Source: Vicugna vicugna
Taxonomy: Eukaryota
DNA length: 64,000 nt
Assembly (NCBI GenBank): GCA_013265495.1
Contig: MU057796.1
Span: forward strand, 186,001 to 250,000
Direction of reading: 5' to 3'
Shown in pieces: positions 14,268 through 26,722 of the stretch. The position numbers and the translations under genes are program-made. Numbering within the stretch: position 1 is the first letter of the stretch; each line of letters begins with the position of its first letter. The notes under the pieces are model-generated. The model was not told the DNA's origin. It searched no databases and worked only from the letters and a program-made list of their open reading frames with translations.

Positions 14268-15658
14268 TTAAAAAAACTGAAGTATATTTGATTTACAATG
14301 TTGTATTAATTTATGGTGCACAGCATAATGATTCAATTACATACATATATTCTTTTTCATTATAGATTATAAGATATTGAATATAGTTCCCTATGCTAGA
14401 TGGTAGGACCTTGTTATCTATTTTATATATAGTAGTGTGTATCTGTTAATACCAGACTCCTAGTTTATCCCTCCTGTTCTTTCCCCTTTGGTAACTATAA
14501 GTTTGTTTCCTATGTCTGTGAGTCTGTTTCTGTTTTATAAGTTCATTTGTATCAGATTTTAGATTCTACATATAAGTGATATCATAATATGTTTGTCTTT
14601 CTCTGACTTCACTTAGTATGATAATCTCTAGGTCCATCCATGTTGCTGTGAATGGCATTATTTCATTCTTTTATGTGGCTGAGTAGTATTTCATTATATT
14701 ATATATAATATTCCATTACATATACATTTCATCATATATACATATAATGGAATATATATATATATACATATACCACATTTTCTTTATCCATTCATCTTTT
14801 TTTTAATTGAAATATAGTCAGTTTACAATGTTGTGTCAATTTCTGGTACACAGTATGATGCTTTAGTCACACATGAACGTAGATTTGTTTTCATATTCTT
14901 TTTAACTACAGGTTACTACAAGATACTGAATTTAGCTCCCTGTGCTAAACAGTATGAACTTGCTGTTTATCTATTTTATATATATTAGTATCTACAAATC
15001 TTGAACTCCTGATTTATCCCTTCCCACCCCCTTCCCCCCTAGTAACCATAAGTTTGTTTTCTATGTCTGTGAGTCTGTTTTTGTTTTGTGAATAAGTTCA
15101 TTTGTCTTTTTATTTTTTTAGATTCTACATTTAAGTGATATCATATGGTATTTTACTGGTTTGATAATTTTCTTTTGTATTAGCTTGGTTTCTTTTTGTG
15201 TTTTGTGACTCTGTTGTATGCTTTTGATTTGTGGTTACCTTATTTTTCAAGTATGTTTACCTCTCACTATATCTGTTTGCTGTAGACTGGTAGTCATGTA
15301 TGCTCAAACACATCCTAAAAAGAATGAAGGAAAAAAATAGAAAAAAGAAAAAAAAGTGAGAGAAAAAAAGTCTCTATTTTCGTGCTCCCCTTTCCCACTT
15401 TTTAGGATTTTAATGTCCTTTTTTTTTTCTACATCTTCATGTTTATTTTCTTGCAGCTACTTGTAGTTACCACATTTCTAGTTATGGTTTTCTCGTTTCT
15501 CTAGCGTCTATCCAGCGTCTATCCATTCAGCTGTTGATGGATACTTATGTTGCTTCCATGTCTTGGCTACTATAAATAGCGCTGTTGTGAACAATTGGGT
15601 GCACGTGTCTTTTTGAATTAGAGTTTTCTCCAGATATATGCCCAGGAGTGGAACTGCG
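14268..15658 (-). mobile_element. L1 3' fragment (outer element) containing a nested L1
   Basis: Perfect 15-nt TSD CCAATGGATACTTTT at 14253-14267 and 15659-15673; L1 3' UTR and ORF2-end sequence in antisense. Confidence 0.9.
14797..15519 (-). mobile_element. Nested L1 (inner element): 3' end joined to an apparently more 5' L1 segment
   Basis: Second poly(T) and L1 3' end at 14797. TSD TATCCATTCA at 14785-14794 and 15520-15529, after which the outer L1 resumes (ctgttgatggatac). Confidence 0.8.
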
Positions 15659-16719
15659 CCAATGGATACTTTTCAGTCTTTATCTCCCTTGTTATCTGCC
15701 TCCTGTTACAAGTGTTCAAGCCTTTCTGCTTTAAGTATTCTTCTCCACAAACTTTCCTAACAGTGCATTTCCCTGATATTCTTAACATTTTGAAAAGTTT
15801 TCAACCCATCTCTGAGCGTCTGTTTCTGAGTTCATCACTTAAACGTTGGTGGTCACCAGAGCTCTGTCCTCATTCTCTTCTCTGAGTTTTTATTCATTCC
15901 CTTCTCTGAGTGATTTTATTCATTCCCATGCTTCCAGTTGTCACATGCAAACCAACAGTGTCTAGATTTATGCCCAAATCTCTGTCCTGAGCTTCACACC
16001 CTTATCCAAGGGCCCCACTGGATAGCAACACTATATTCCCAAACTAAAATCATCCTTGTCAATCCCAAACATATTTCTCCTCCCAGATTCCCTAACTTGA
16101 TGCATTCAGTCTTCATATCACCAGGAGAAACCAGGTAGCCATCCAGCCTTGACTCCCCAAATTTTCTCCTTGGTTGCAGAGAATGACTTGTACAATTATT
16201 TACTTTCACCCCCAAAATACTGGTTAATTTTGAGAGGTTAGATTTTATATGATGTTTGGCCTTTAGACATTATACTTATAGCATTTAAGCTGTAATCGCC
16301 TCTTTGGTAAATATTTTTAACAAAGCATTTCAAAAACTCATTGCAGGAGGTTAGGACTTTGGTGTGGTCAACCTGGGGAAAAAAATAGCTTACTTCATTA
16401 GGAATAAAAAGAGAGAAATGTTCTTTGTTCTTTTATTGGCATGGCTTGGGTTGAGAATTATCTGTGTTTCTTATCAGCTGCCCATCTGCACTGAACTTCT
16501 AAGGCTCTGCTAAGCTTTTGCCTACTTAGGCTGACTCATTTTCTCCTTGAAATAATATATAGAGATTTTCTCCCCATAATAGCTAGGATGTGTTTTTCCC
16601 TGCAAGTCTCTGGTTTCGCCTGCTTACTGTTTTCTGAATCTTTGCTAATACCCACCCAGATATGAAAATCAGAAAGAAACGGTAAAAGGAAATGCTATGA
16701 GAGATTTCTTCATAATTAC

Positions 16720-16860
16720 CTTTTAATTCTTTTATTATCGTTGGGCATGTCAATATCCGGGTTGAACTGATAATGAAAAAGTTCGGTTCCAAAGAGATCA
16801 TATTCCAAGTAACAGCCAAACTGAGCAAACTCCAGCAGCTCCTTCTTATCAAGGATAGTC
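16720..16860 (-). CDS. PTER: Phosphotriesterase-related protein, third coding exon (141 nt, phase 2-2)
   Basis: Acceptor gtctctag| at 16861 and donor AAG|gtaatt at 16719. Reads (R)[46 protein letters not shown](R). Not captured in the correct frame by the ORF track. Confidence 0.96.
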
Positions 16861-18719
16861 CTAGAGACAATAAGACAGACATACTGTTATTGCCAAGACT
16901 TATTTCTCACCTAGACAAATTAAAAGGTTTTTAGCACACTGTGTAATGGAATATAGTTGAAATCAAGTAAAAGATCTTTTGAGTTGGCTCTTGAGATGTG
17001 ACTATAAAACAGTAAGTTCAACTTGCTACCAGGAATCAGGGAATTTGCCCATCCGGAAGGGAGTTTTCCCATCGAAAGTACTTAGAGACATTTTAATTAG
17101 GATGCCATTACTCAAAAACAATTTTATAATTCTCCTGCAGAATTGTCTTCAGGATGTGTTCCATAGGGAAATCCTTAGTGGCACTGCTGTGAACCATGGA
17201 AACTATCAAAGGAAATTTGGCATTAGGTCTCGTGAATTAGGGGCATAATACTAATCTGGATAAAACATGAAGCCAAGGTGAGGTGATGATGGGATTTTAT
17301 TGTGAAGATCATCCAGTGATTCTAAAATTAATTCCAAAGCTTATGTGCATATCATTGCAACTTTTTTTTTTAAAAAAAGGGGCAATACACCTACAGATAT
17401 TTATGTTCTGTTGTGCTTATATTTTAAGTAGTGTTTATTATTTTATGATAATTTTATGGCTATCTTCTCACTTCAACAGAGATCGTGGTAAAAAAAAATC
17501 ACTATAAGATAACGTAAATGAAAGGAAAAGGAGAAAAATGTAGGCTAAGTACAGAGTATGGACAGAAGAGTTGAGTCTGGAGCAAGAGCGAATTATGTCT
17601 GGAAATTTAGACAATAACAAGTAAAAAGGATGCATAAAGTTAACCCCAAAAATATCATCATAGAGATTCAAACACACAGAAAAACAGGAAAGAAAGAAAA
17701 AACCCTACCAGGAGACAATATGGGAAAAAAATGTGAGGGGGAAACATACCTCATTAAACATTGTGTGAAGGGAGTTAAGGACCTTGAGAAAGGAAGCGAT
17801 TGTTTGGGATCCAAAATTGGCCCGGAGAAGAGTTGGGATCAGTCAGATAATCATCATCTTACTAGGCTTCTACCCACTCTGACAGTCTATTATTTTGGCA
17901 TCTCCAGGATGCAAAGATTAAATTGTTATTCTAAGCCTATAAATCTGCTTCTCAGAGGTCAGAAGTATTTTCAAAGCCTTTCTTTCAAACCCTAGGATGA
18001 CCAATTAAGCCTCTGTGTGATGTGTGCGAGGTGATTCTGCTGTCCTGGGACGCTTCCTGGGAGTTGGCGCTTGACTTTCCCGCCAAGCAATCATAGTATA
18101 GCTGGCTCCTTTTTATTCTTTTTACCGGTTTAGCATAACATATAATTCACGATGTTGTTCTCAGCAGGGAAGCTAAAAAAGTCTTTCCTTTTTACTATAA
18201 AATGTGCATTAGTTCTGTGCTACCGTCTATTAATACTACTCCTTTCCCATCTTCTTACCATGGAGACCACTTTTGCTTCCAAAATTACCGGGCTAAAAAG
18301 GATATGTGTTTTTCTATAGTAAACATACTCTGTTTTCCCCAAGGAACCATGCTCAAAAACGAAATACACACAATTAAAATAACATAAGGCGGAAGAGATA
18401 AGTTTAGTACTTTTCCTTTTGAGTCAGTTCATTCCATTTGTTAATTACCAATATGGACAAAGTGCTGGGGTGGGCTGGCTGGGGAGTCAAGAAAGGAACA
18501 CAGGCACCAATAACAGGTGGGACCAGACTCTTAACTACTGATTTCAGTGTCTTTTTTCTCCTTTTGGCCTAAATGCCTTGAGACTAAGTTTTCTAAACTT
18601 TAAGTGATATAGTAAGTATGTATATTCATTGAAAAATCCATGGTAAATGAAAAAACTATAGGAAAATCTTTAGTCTTAGCTCCAGTTGAAAACAAAAAGT
18701 AAAGTTGCTTATCACCATC

Positions 18720-18930
18720 ATCATCATAGCCTACAAATATAAAAACTTACTATGTGTCTGGCATTGCACTAAGTGCTTTATATTTATTATCTCATCTAAT
18801 ATTCTCCATAATCCCATCTGGTTTCAATTTTACAGATGAGGAAACTGGGGTGTAGAGATTAGATGCTCACTCAAGGTGATGTGCTAGAGAGTAAATTCAT
18901 TTCAAGGCTGGAATCTGCTGTCTTAACCAT
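18720..18930 (-). mobile_element. MIR SINE
   Basis: MIR core ttttacagatgaggaaactg...ctcaaggt, preceded by cttactatgtgtctggcattgcactaagtgcttta. Confidence 0.75.
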
Positions 18931-19185
18931 TATGCTGTATGACTTCTGTTGCTAAATATTTTATTCTCAAAAGACATTTTCCAGAATTACATGGACTGTG
19001 TGTGTACATCGTGTTTTTAAATATTTTTATTTTGAAATGTAATTCCTTCCCTATAGCACCCTCAAACTGCATTTGAAAAGTGAGGAATTTACCCAAAACG
19101 TAAGAAAGGATTATTTTGTGGAGGTCTTCAGTCACTAGCTCAAAGTAGACAAGATTTGACCACTACAGTTATTTTGAATATTTCT

Positions 19186-19375
19186 TTTTTTTTAACATTT
19201 TTTATTGATTTATAATCACTTGATGTGTCAAATTCCAGTGTTCAGCACAATTTTTCAGTCATTCATGGACATATACACACTCGTTGTCACATTTTATTCT
19301 CTGTGATTTATCATAACATTTTTGTATATTTCCCTGTGCTATACAGTGTAACCTTGTTTATCTATTCTACAATTT
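19186..19375 (-). mobile_element. Short L1 3' end fragment
   Basis: Reverse complement of the L1 3' end seen at about 42440-42620. Confidence 0.85.
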
Positions 19376-19499
19376 TTATTTCTAATGATATGTTCAGAGG
19401 AGAAGGAACTATATTAATCACGACTGTTGCTTACTTTCTCACAAGGAGACTGACATTGCTCTAAACCTCTTACAGATATTAAGGGGCACATGTTAAGGG

Positions 19500-20060
19500 T
19501 CTTCTGTGATGAGGTCATGTCTCCTGAAGCTCAGACTTGCACATCTAAAAGCCTGCTAGCCATCCTTACTTGTATGCCTAAGAGACAACTCATGCTTAGC
19601 ATGCCTTGAACTAAACCCCTCATGTCCCACCCCAGACCAGCTGCTCCAGCACCCTTCCTACCTCAGTTGATAACAGCTCTTCCCATCCCCTGCTCAGGCC
19701 AAAAACCTTGGACTTATCCTTGACTGTTTTCTTGATCTTGCTCTACATCTAGCCCATTGGGGTAAACTTTTGGCTTGACTTTCAAAATAGGACCAGGATC
19801 TGGATATGTCACCACCTCACCTGCTGCCCCCCTGGTCCAAAACAGCATCATCATCTCTTGCAGGATCCCTGAAACCACTTCCTAATCACTCTCCTTTACC
19901 TTTGCTCTACTACAGTCTATTTAAATGCGGCAACCAAAGTCTACCTTCACACATAAGTCACATCAAGTCTCTCCTCTGCTCACAACCCACCAATAGCTCC
20001 CCATTTCCCCCAGAGAGAAAGCCAAGGTCTTACAGTGGTCCATGAAGCCCTGCATGATCT
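19500..20060 (+). mobile_element. L2 LINE fragment
   Basis: L2-like motifs (ctcaggccaaaaaccttgga, aaagccaaggtcttacagtggtccatgaagccctgcatgatct). Confidence 0.7.
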
Positions 20061-20759
20061 CTCTGGATGTGAGGCTTACAGAAGCCTCATCTCAGAGAGG
20101 AATGGGGAATGTAGGCATCTGGCTCTCCAGAAGTCAATTATATATAAATTCTGCCTATATGGTAAATGTTATCTGAAGAACGTCACCATGGGTAGAGATC
20201 TCTTTCTAGAGGAAGACTTACATATCAAGTAAGATTCATCTACATATGCCCAAAGTAATCCCTGGGAATTCTTATTCTGTAGAACAGAACAGCACATAGA
20301 AAGGAGTGTGCCTTTGAAGGAAATGGCCCCTCTGTAAAGCTCTCTTAAAAATTTCATGGTGTAAGGGGAGAGGATTTCAGAAAAGAAGCAATTAAGCTGA
20401 TGGAAAATGCATTTTAAAAAAGGAGGCAGACAAATTTGCTGTCATTAAAAAGCTGAGAGATATATATTATTCTTAGTGACTTTTGATGATGTGACACTCT
20501 AGATAACTGAACATTAGTGTGAGGACAGCTAAGAATTGAGTTCACCTTATTAAACTCTCCTTATTGAAGGAGGAAGCACAGTGTAAAATCCATGGGAAAA
20601 AAATAGTGTCAGTGATCCTACATACTTTTTGGAGGAAAGCCCTGGAAAAAAAATAGAGTTCGATTTTAGATATTAATGAGGGGGTTGATGGGATAGGTAG
20701 GTGCGCAAGAAAATAAAACACTTAATAATCCTCAGGCATTTAAAACAGCCCTATAGCTC

Positions 20760-20925
20760 CTTTAATCCTTACAAAAACTGCACGAGGAAAGTGTGATCAT
20801 CCCCATTTTACAGATGAAGGAACTACATCTCAGGAAAGTTTGGAAGTTGCAACTTCCCAAATCAGGAGTGGTGAATAAACACAGACTGTGTGTGTCTTCA
20901 GAAGCCATGTTCTTTGACCCTGCTG
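20760..20925 (-). mobile_element. MIR SINE
   Basis: atccccattttacagatgaaggaact core. Confidence 0.7.
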
Positions 20926-22074
20926 CCCCTTTTGTGATGAGAGCATCCACCCAGCACAGTGGCTCTGCTCCTTACGTCAGCACTTACCTATGGAGAAATA
21001 CACCCCATCACAAAGGCATCTCAGAGCACCCTGCACCATGAATGTCTAACAAGGTGACAACCACATTAAACTGATAGACAATCAGCTGGATGACTTCCAG
21101 GGACTGTCAAGATGCTACTGAAGTTGCATTTGTGCATGTGACTTTTTTTCACTTGGAGAAAGGACTGACCCCAGATGTCACAAGGGTACCATGGGAAAAT
21201 GTACTCTGCTTGACGCATTTCAGATGAGGCTTAACAGAGGTCCTGCCCCTCCCAGTCATCAGTGATCTCATAGCACTTCTTACTAGAGAGAAGGTGTCAG
21301 CCTCAGCCAGTTTTCCTCATTCCAACTCCATATCCATGAATAATGATATTCTTTCTTATCCCGACCTTCCCCAAACTTTAAGGTAGGTATTTTTAACTTC
21401 TTGCACTAAATAGTCAGTGAGGTGATTGTGAGATGCAGAGGACCATTTGCATTTCACACTGCAGAAATTTCCTTCTTCAAATGGGATAAACTGATTGCAA
21501 TGTCATTTGTAAAATATCCTGGGATTTCCCAAGAGGAAGATGACACTTTTGTATCAAGTATTTGTTCTTGTCATTCATATTATATCATTTCTTCAGTTGC
21601 ATGTTTTACACTTTTGCTCCTCAACCAGTGAACAGATTCTCTCTGTGTAAGGAAACAGGCATAAATTTATGACAAACATATTGCTATTAGCTAAGAAAGT
21701 GGTCACCTAACACGGTTTGGCTATCTTCATTTTCAGAACACAGTTATTACTTACTAGCGTTTTAAGACTGGTACTAAAATGTGAGACAGTTGATTCTGTT
21801 TTTCAAACTTTTTTATATTCTAGATCTTATCCAAGAGCTGAGGGGTTTAGTTTAATGTCAAAATGCACTCTGAGTGGGAGCAAGGAAGTCTGTGTGAACT
21901 GATAATTTAGACAAGGTGAACCACCTAGGTAGAAGGAACTATGAAGCAAAGGAAAGACCATGGCTCGTGGGTGTGATCAAGATGATAACATTATGTAACG
22001 TTTGTCCTGGGCTTTTAGTGTTTCAGAGAACTCGCAAATACATTATTTTATCTCATACATTTACGTACACCTTT

Positions 22075-23350
22075 GTGAACGAATTCAGCAAACATCTACT
22101 GTCTTGTACTATCGCCTACTTTGTGCTGGGAATACTGATATGAATAAAAAATGTAAGCTGCTGTCTCAAAGAACTTAAAGTCTAGGGAAGGAGATAGATA
22201 TTTAAATGAATAATTGCAATTAAACGTGTTGAAATGTGTTGAAAGCTTTTTATAGTACAAATACTTACAAAGTATTATGAAAGAATAATGAAAGAGGAGA
22301 CTCATTTGAGTTGAATCTTGAAGAAAATTATGGGTTGGTGGGTTTCAAATGTTGGGTGAGAGATGGACAGTCCAGAAGAACAACTGCTGAGAGGTCAAAA
22401 GAGCTTATTGTTCGTGGAAGATAAGACTGTAATGTATCAGAGCTAAAGTACATGAGGGGAGATGCATCTATCCTTCCATCTATCCATTCATCCATCCATC
22501 CATCCATCCATCCACCCATCCATCCATCCACCCACCATCCATCCATCTAATATGAAATTGTTGATCATCTACTTACTATGAAGTATGAGCTGGGAAAACA
22601 AAGGCACAGAGTCCCATTCTTCAAGAAGTTTAGTGTCCATTAGGGAAGAGGCATGGAAAGAAATACTTGCTTTTCAGACCTTACTGAGTGTGAGAATGTA
22701 CTACTAGGAACTGGACTGACACAAAGAAGGAGATATCAAACACTGCTCAGCTCAGTTAGGAAAAGCTTCAGAGAGAAGAAAACTTTCCAATGAGATGCAT
22801 TTTGAAGAAAGACTCTGCCTAGTAGATGGGAGAATAGGGTCTCTACAGTGGAGGTGGGGGGTAGGCTGTGTGAAAAGCATGTAAGAACACTCAGCACAGG
22901 ATACTCAGAGTCACAGTCATTGTGGCTTTAGCCCAGATTCTGTGTGTGCACTAGATATGGTGGGAGATGAAGTAGAGAGATGGGTGGGGACCAGATGATC
23001 AAGATGTTTGGATTTTGTGCTGAAGGTGAAGTAGAACCATGGCAGGATTGTAAATCAGGGTGGAGGAAGGTAATCGTATTTGTTCTGGAAAGATCCAAAT
23101 GGTGGCAACTTGGAGGCTTGATTGGGGAGCAAAGCTAAGGAAGTGATTCCTGTATGGAGACAATTACAACAGTTCAGGTGACAATGAGGATGTGAATTAA
23201 GTTAACGACAGAGGAATGGATAGGAAGGGTTTTATTTGGAGATCTTAGTGTGGTAGACAGATTTTATTATGTTGAGGTGCAGACGAGAGAGGAATTTAGA
23301 CTGACATCTGGGCAAATGAGGCTGTCCTTGACCAGAGTAGGGCAAACAGG
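22075..23350 (-). mobile_element. L2 LINE fragments (at least two), interrupted by a (CCAT)n repeat
   Basis: Antisense L2 3'-end motifs (ttcagcaaacatctact...gcctactttgtgctggg) and a purine-rich L2 body. Confidence 0.6.
22465..22548. repeat. (CCAT)n imperfect tetranucleotide microsatellite
   Basis: Read directly. Confidence 0.95.
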
Positions 23351-23805
23351 TTGAGTAAGCCATGGGACACTGTCCCCATAGTGACAGCAGTGAAGACAGA
23401 GAATCAAGGGCCTGTCGTGGGCAGCTGATTAGATGTTGGCATCGTTAAATGGGCAGGTTCTGAAACTCATAAGGAACTGGTGTAACAATTATGCTGCATA
23501 TTAACATGATTGCATAAAAGTAGAAACTAAAGCTTGGGTCTTTTAAGTGATCAAGAACCCAGGGATTCCAACCCCTAGGTTAGTGTACTTTTCATCACAC
23601 TGTGCAGTGACTTCGTTGGAATTCATCAGCCCTTCCAATCTGTGGATTCCTGGGCATGGAGGGCAAGCACCTGAGGGTCGCTCCATTTTGAGACTGGACT
23701 AGCTCAGGGCCTGACATACGCAGAAGCACAAAATACACTCAATGCCAAAATGTACGAACTTGACCAAGTAATTTAAAACATTTTTTAAATTTAAAAACAC
23801 ATGGT

Positions 23806-23935
23806 GGGGGGAGACTATAGCCCAATGGTAGAGCACATGCTCAGTATGCGCAAGGTCCTGGGTTCAATCCCCAGTACCTCCATTAAAATAAGTGAATAAA
23901 TAAATAAATATAATTCTCCTCTCCCCAATAAAAAC
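23806..23935 (+). mobile_element. tRNA-derived SINE (camelid vic-1-like)
   Basis: G-rich head, A box (tatagcccaatggtag), B box (ggttcaatcc) and A-rich tail; homologous to copies at 24.7, 48.8 and 63.0 kb. Confidence 0.85.
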
Positions 23936-24659
23936 ATAATAATAAGGTGATGTTTATGTATAACTGATTTATTTAAAACAATGTTGAATTTTAATGACTG
24001 ATTTATTATAATTAATTGTTTACCATAAAAGAAATTCCAAAGAAAACTCTCCATCTCCCTCTGAATTTCTTAATTTAAAATCAATGAATATTTGCACAGA
24101 TAGTGCCATGTGGGATTCTTTATAATTTTATGAAACTTCTTCAACAAGTACTTAAAATAATTTCTAAACTAACCTAGAACTATTTATGTAATAACATAAA
24201 ATGATTTTTTAAATATTTATAATACAATGTTTAAAAGAAATTTAGTATGTAAATTATTGTTATCCAATAAAGTCAATGTTAATATAATTCTAAAACACTG
24301 CTCACATTTATTCCTATACTACTAATGGCAGTTGCAACTTAACTCCAAAATCTGAAAAATTCTTAACTGATGAATTTCAATTAATTTATTTTTTAATGTC
24401 AAAAATAGAAACTGAATAGAATGATGCAAGTTTTTAATGTATGGCCCAAACACTGTCTATGGTTAGAAAGTATAATTTATTACTTCAGTTAAATATTTAC
24501 CAAGAACTTTGGTTTCATACAAACTCAAAACCATCAGTTAAGTGGTACATTTGCATTAATATACTAGTTTGTTACCATATATGTAGGTATTTTAAAGAGC
24601 CAGTAATTTTTCTAGAGGATTCTTTTTCTGATAAAGCACTACTTTTATAGAAGTCTTTT

Positions 24660-24701
24660 TTTTGTTTTTTGTTTTTGTTTTCTTTTTGGTGGGGGGGGTT
24701 A

Positions 24702-24799
<98 letters not shown>

Positions 24800-24886
24800 T
24801 TATTTAACAGAGGTACTGGGGACGGAACCCAGGACCTTGTGCATGCTAAGCATGAGCTCTACCACTGAGCTATATCCTTCCCCCTC
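24660..24886 (-). mobile_element. tRNA-derived SINE (vic-1-like) with internal (AAT)n expansion
   Basis: Body at about 24805-24884 with A and B boxes; probable TSD AGTCTTTT at 24652-24659 and 24887-24894. Confidence 0.88.
24707..24799. repeat. (TAT)n microsatellite, about 30 units with one slip
   Basis: Read directly; explains the poly-Y/I/L pseudo-ORFs in the track. Confidence 0.97.
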
Positions 24887-25747
24887 AGTCTTTTCAATTT
24901 TAGAGAATAATTGGGAATCAAAAGAAATAGAAAGATAATTCAGATTGCCAGGTATTTATTTTACTTATTCCCCCATTATCTATATTTGAACAAGCATCTT
25001 TCTGCCATACAATTCAGTTCTCCGCTTGGGTCCATATCACACAGCGATGTTTAATGATGTCATAGGAGGGCATTACGTCACACTTTCAATATTATGACTT
25101 AAGTGTAGGCTTAAGGAAAAGGAACAGATGGCTGCAAGAGAGAAAAACTCTTGTTTAAATTAAACTAAAACCAGACGTTGGCTCCGGATTGCGAAATGTA
25201 ATTAAAATTTTATTTTAAAATGCATTTCACAGTTTATCCACCCTAGGAAGAGCTTTTTACCATATGAACTTTCCAGCTGCCACAGAGCACAAAAGAGGTT
25301 GTGTTTTTCACGTAAGGTGATACACAATTCAAGGAATGATGGTATTGAGGAGAGTGAAGATAAATCTCAGAGACATGGCAATCCTATTTGTTAAAATGTC
25401 ACCCTTCATGGGAATGGTGTCACAATCATGAAAAATGGCTTTAGAAGGAAAAAATTACTAGTGGAAGGTTTTGGTGAGTATAATGTATTTTAGAGAATAC
25501 ATAAGCAGTGCCTTCATTTGCCCTGATGTTGGGCTGGTCTGCCCCAGTGTCTCTATTGAAGAGTACATTTGGGGGTTGTGAACACATGCCAATTACCAGC
25601 ATAACTGAATTGCATTTTATTAGACACTTATAGGTATATTGAGTCATTTGACTACATTTCAGTTTGTCCAATATCTGTCTGGATTTTCTGTTTCTTTTTA
25701 AGTGGGTCTTGCCATTTTAAGGGTTAAAAATAATTTTTCCTTTCAAA

Positions 25748-25949
25748 ATTTGCAGATACTAACTACTATATATAAAATAAACAAGTTTATACTGCATAGC
25801 ACAGGGAGCTATATTCAATACCTTGTAGTAACTATAATGAAAAAGAATATGAAAATGAATATACGTATGTGTATATATATATATACTAAAACATATTGTA
25901 CACCAGAAATTGATACAACATTGTAAACTGACTATACTTCAAAAAAAAA
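25748..25949 (+). mobile_element. Short L1 3' end fragment
   Basis: actgcatagcacagggagctatattcaatac...ttgtaaactgactatacttcaaaaaaaa. Confidence 0.85.
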
Positions 25950-25964
25950 TTTTTTTTCTTAACC

Positions 25965-26085
25965 ACTTCTGACAGATGAGAAAAGATTTGGAGGCTTAAG
26001 TGACCTGCTCAAGGTCACTCAGCAGGTAAGTGCTGGTGTCAGAACTACAATCAGACAGTGTGACCCCAGCACCCCCGTTTCTCCA
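25965..26085 (-). mobile_element. MIR fragment
   Basis: acagatgagaaa...aagtgacctgctcaaggtcactcagcaggtaagtg. Confidence 0.7.
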
Positions 26086-26406
26086 TTGTCCCATTGCAAT
26101 GCAATATGTGTTGCATTCATGAAAGAATAGCGGTGGTCAATGTCATTACACGACATCACACTGGAATGTGTTCAAGGTCTGTGTTTCTATGTCGGTGAAT
26201 GCTCGCTACAAACCAATGTCAATTTTTATGTAAAATGTAGCCACAGTCATACCCAAGTCTATAACTGTGGCCCTGATGATGTGTTTAAAAGCATCTCGTT
26301 TTTCTTATATTTCGCTATGGTCTGTCATAGAGGTAACAGAAGAAATGCCAGTGAACATTAGGAAATGGGAAAAGGGAGTGTGATGGGTAAATATTTTCTT
26401 TATTCC

Positions 26407-26722
26407 TTTTTTTAAAATTGAAGGATAGTCAGGTTACAGTGTTGTGTCAATTTCTACATTTCAATCATACATATACATACATATATTCATTTTTATATTC
26501 TTTTTCATTATAGGTTACTGGAAGATATTGAACATAGTTCCCTGTGCTATACAGTAGAAGCTTGCTGTTTGTCTGTTCTATATATGGTAGTTACCATCCA
26601 CAAATCTCGACTCCTGGGCATACATCCGGAAGGAACTCTAATTTGAAAAGATACATGAACCCCAGTGTTCATAGCAGCACTATTTATAACAGCCAAGACA
26701 TGGAAATGACCTAAATCTCCAT
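26407..26722 (-). mobile_element. 5'-inverted (twin-primed) L1
   Basis: Antisense L1 3' end at 26407-26610 abuts a sense ORF2-end segment at 26611-26722; possible TSD TTMTTCCTTTT on both sides. Confidence 0.8.

Noticed and set aside
16583..16882. 99-aa minus-strand ORF over the PTER 141-nt exon
   Set aside because: Wrong frame; the correct frame is set by the phase-2 splice sites.
23806..23885. tRNA gene (also at 24.8, 48.8 and 63.0 kb)
   Set aside because: A and B boxes are present, but the copies are diverged, have A-rich tails and mostly TSDs, and lack a clean cloverleaf, so they are SINEs.
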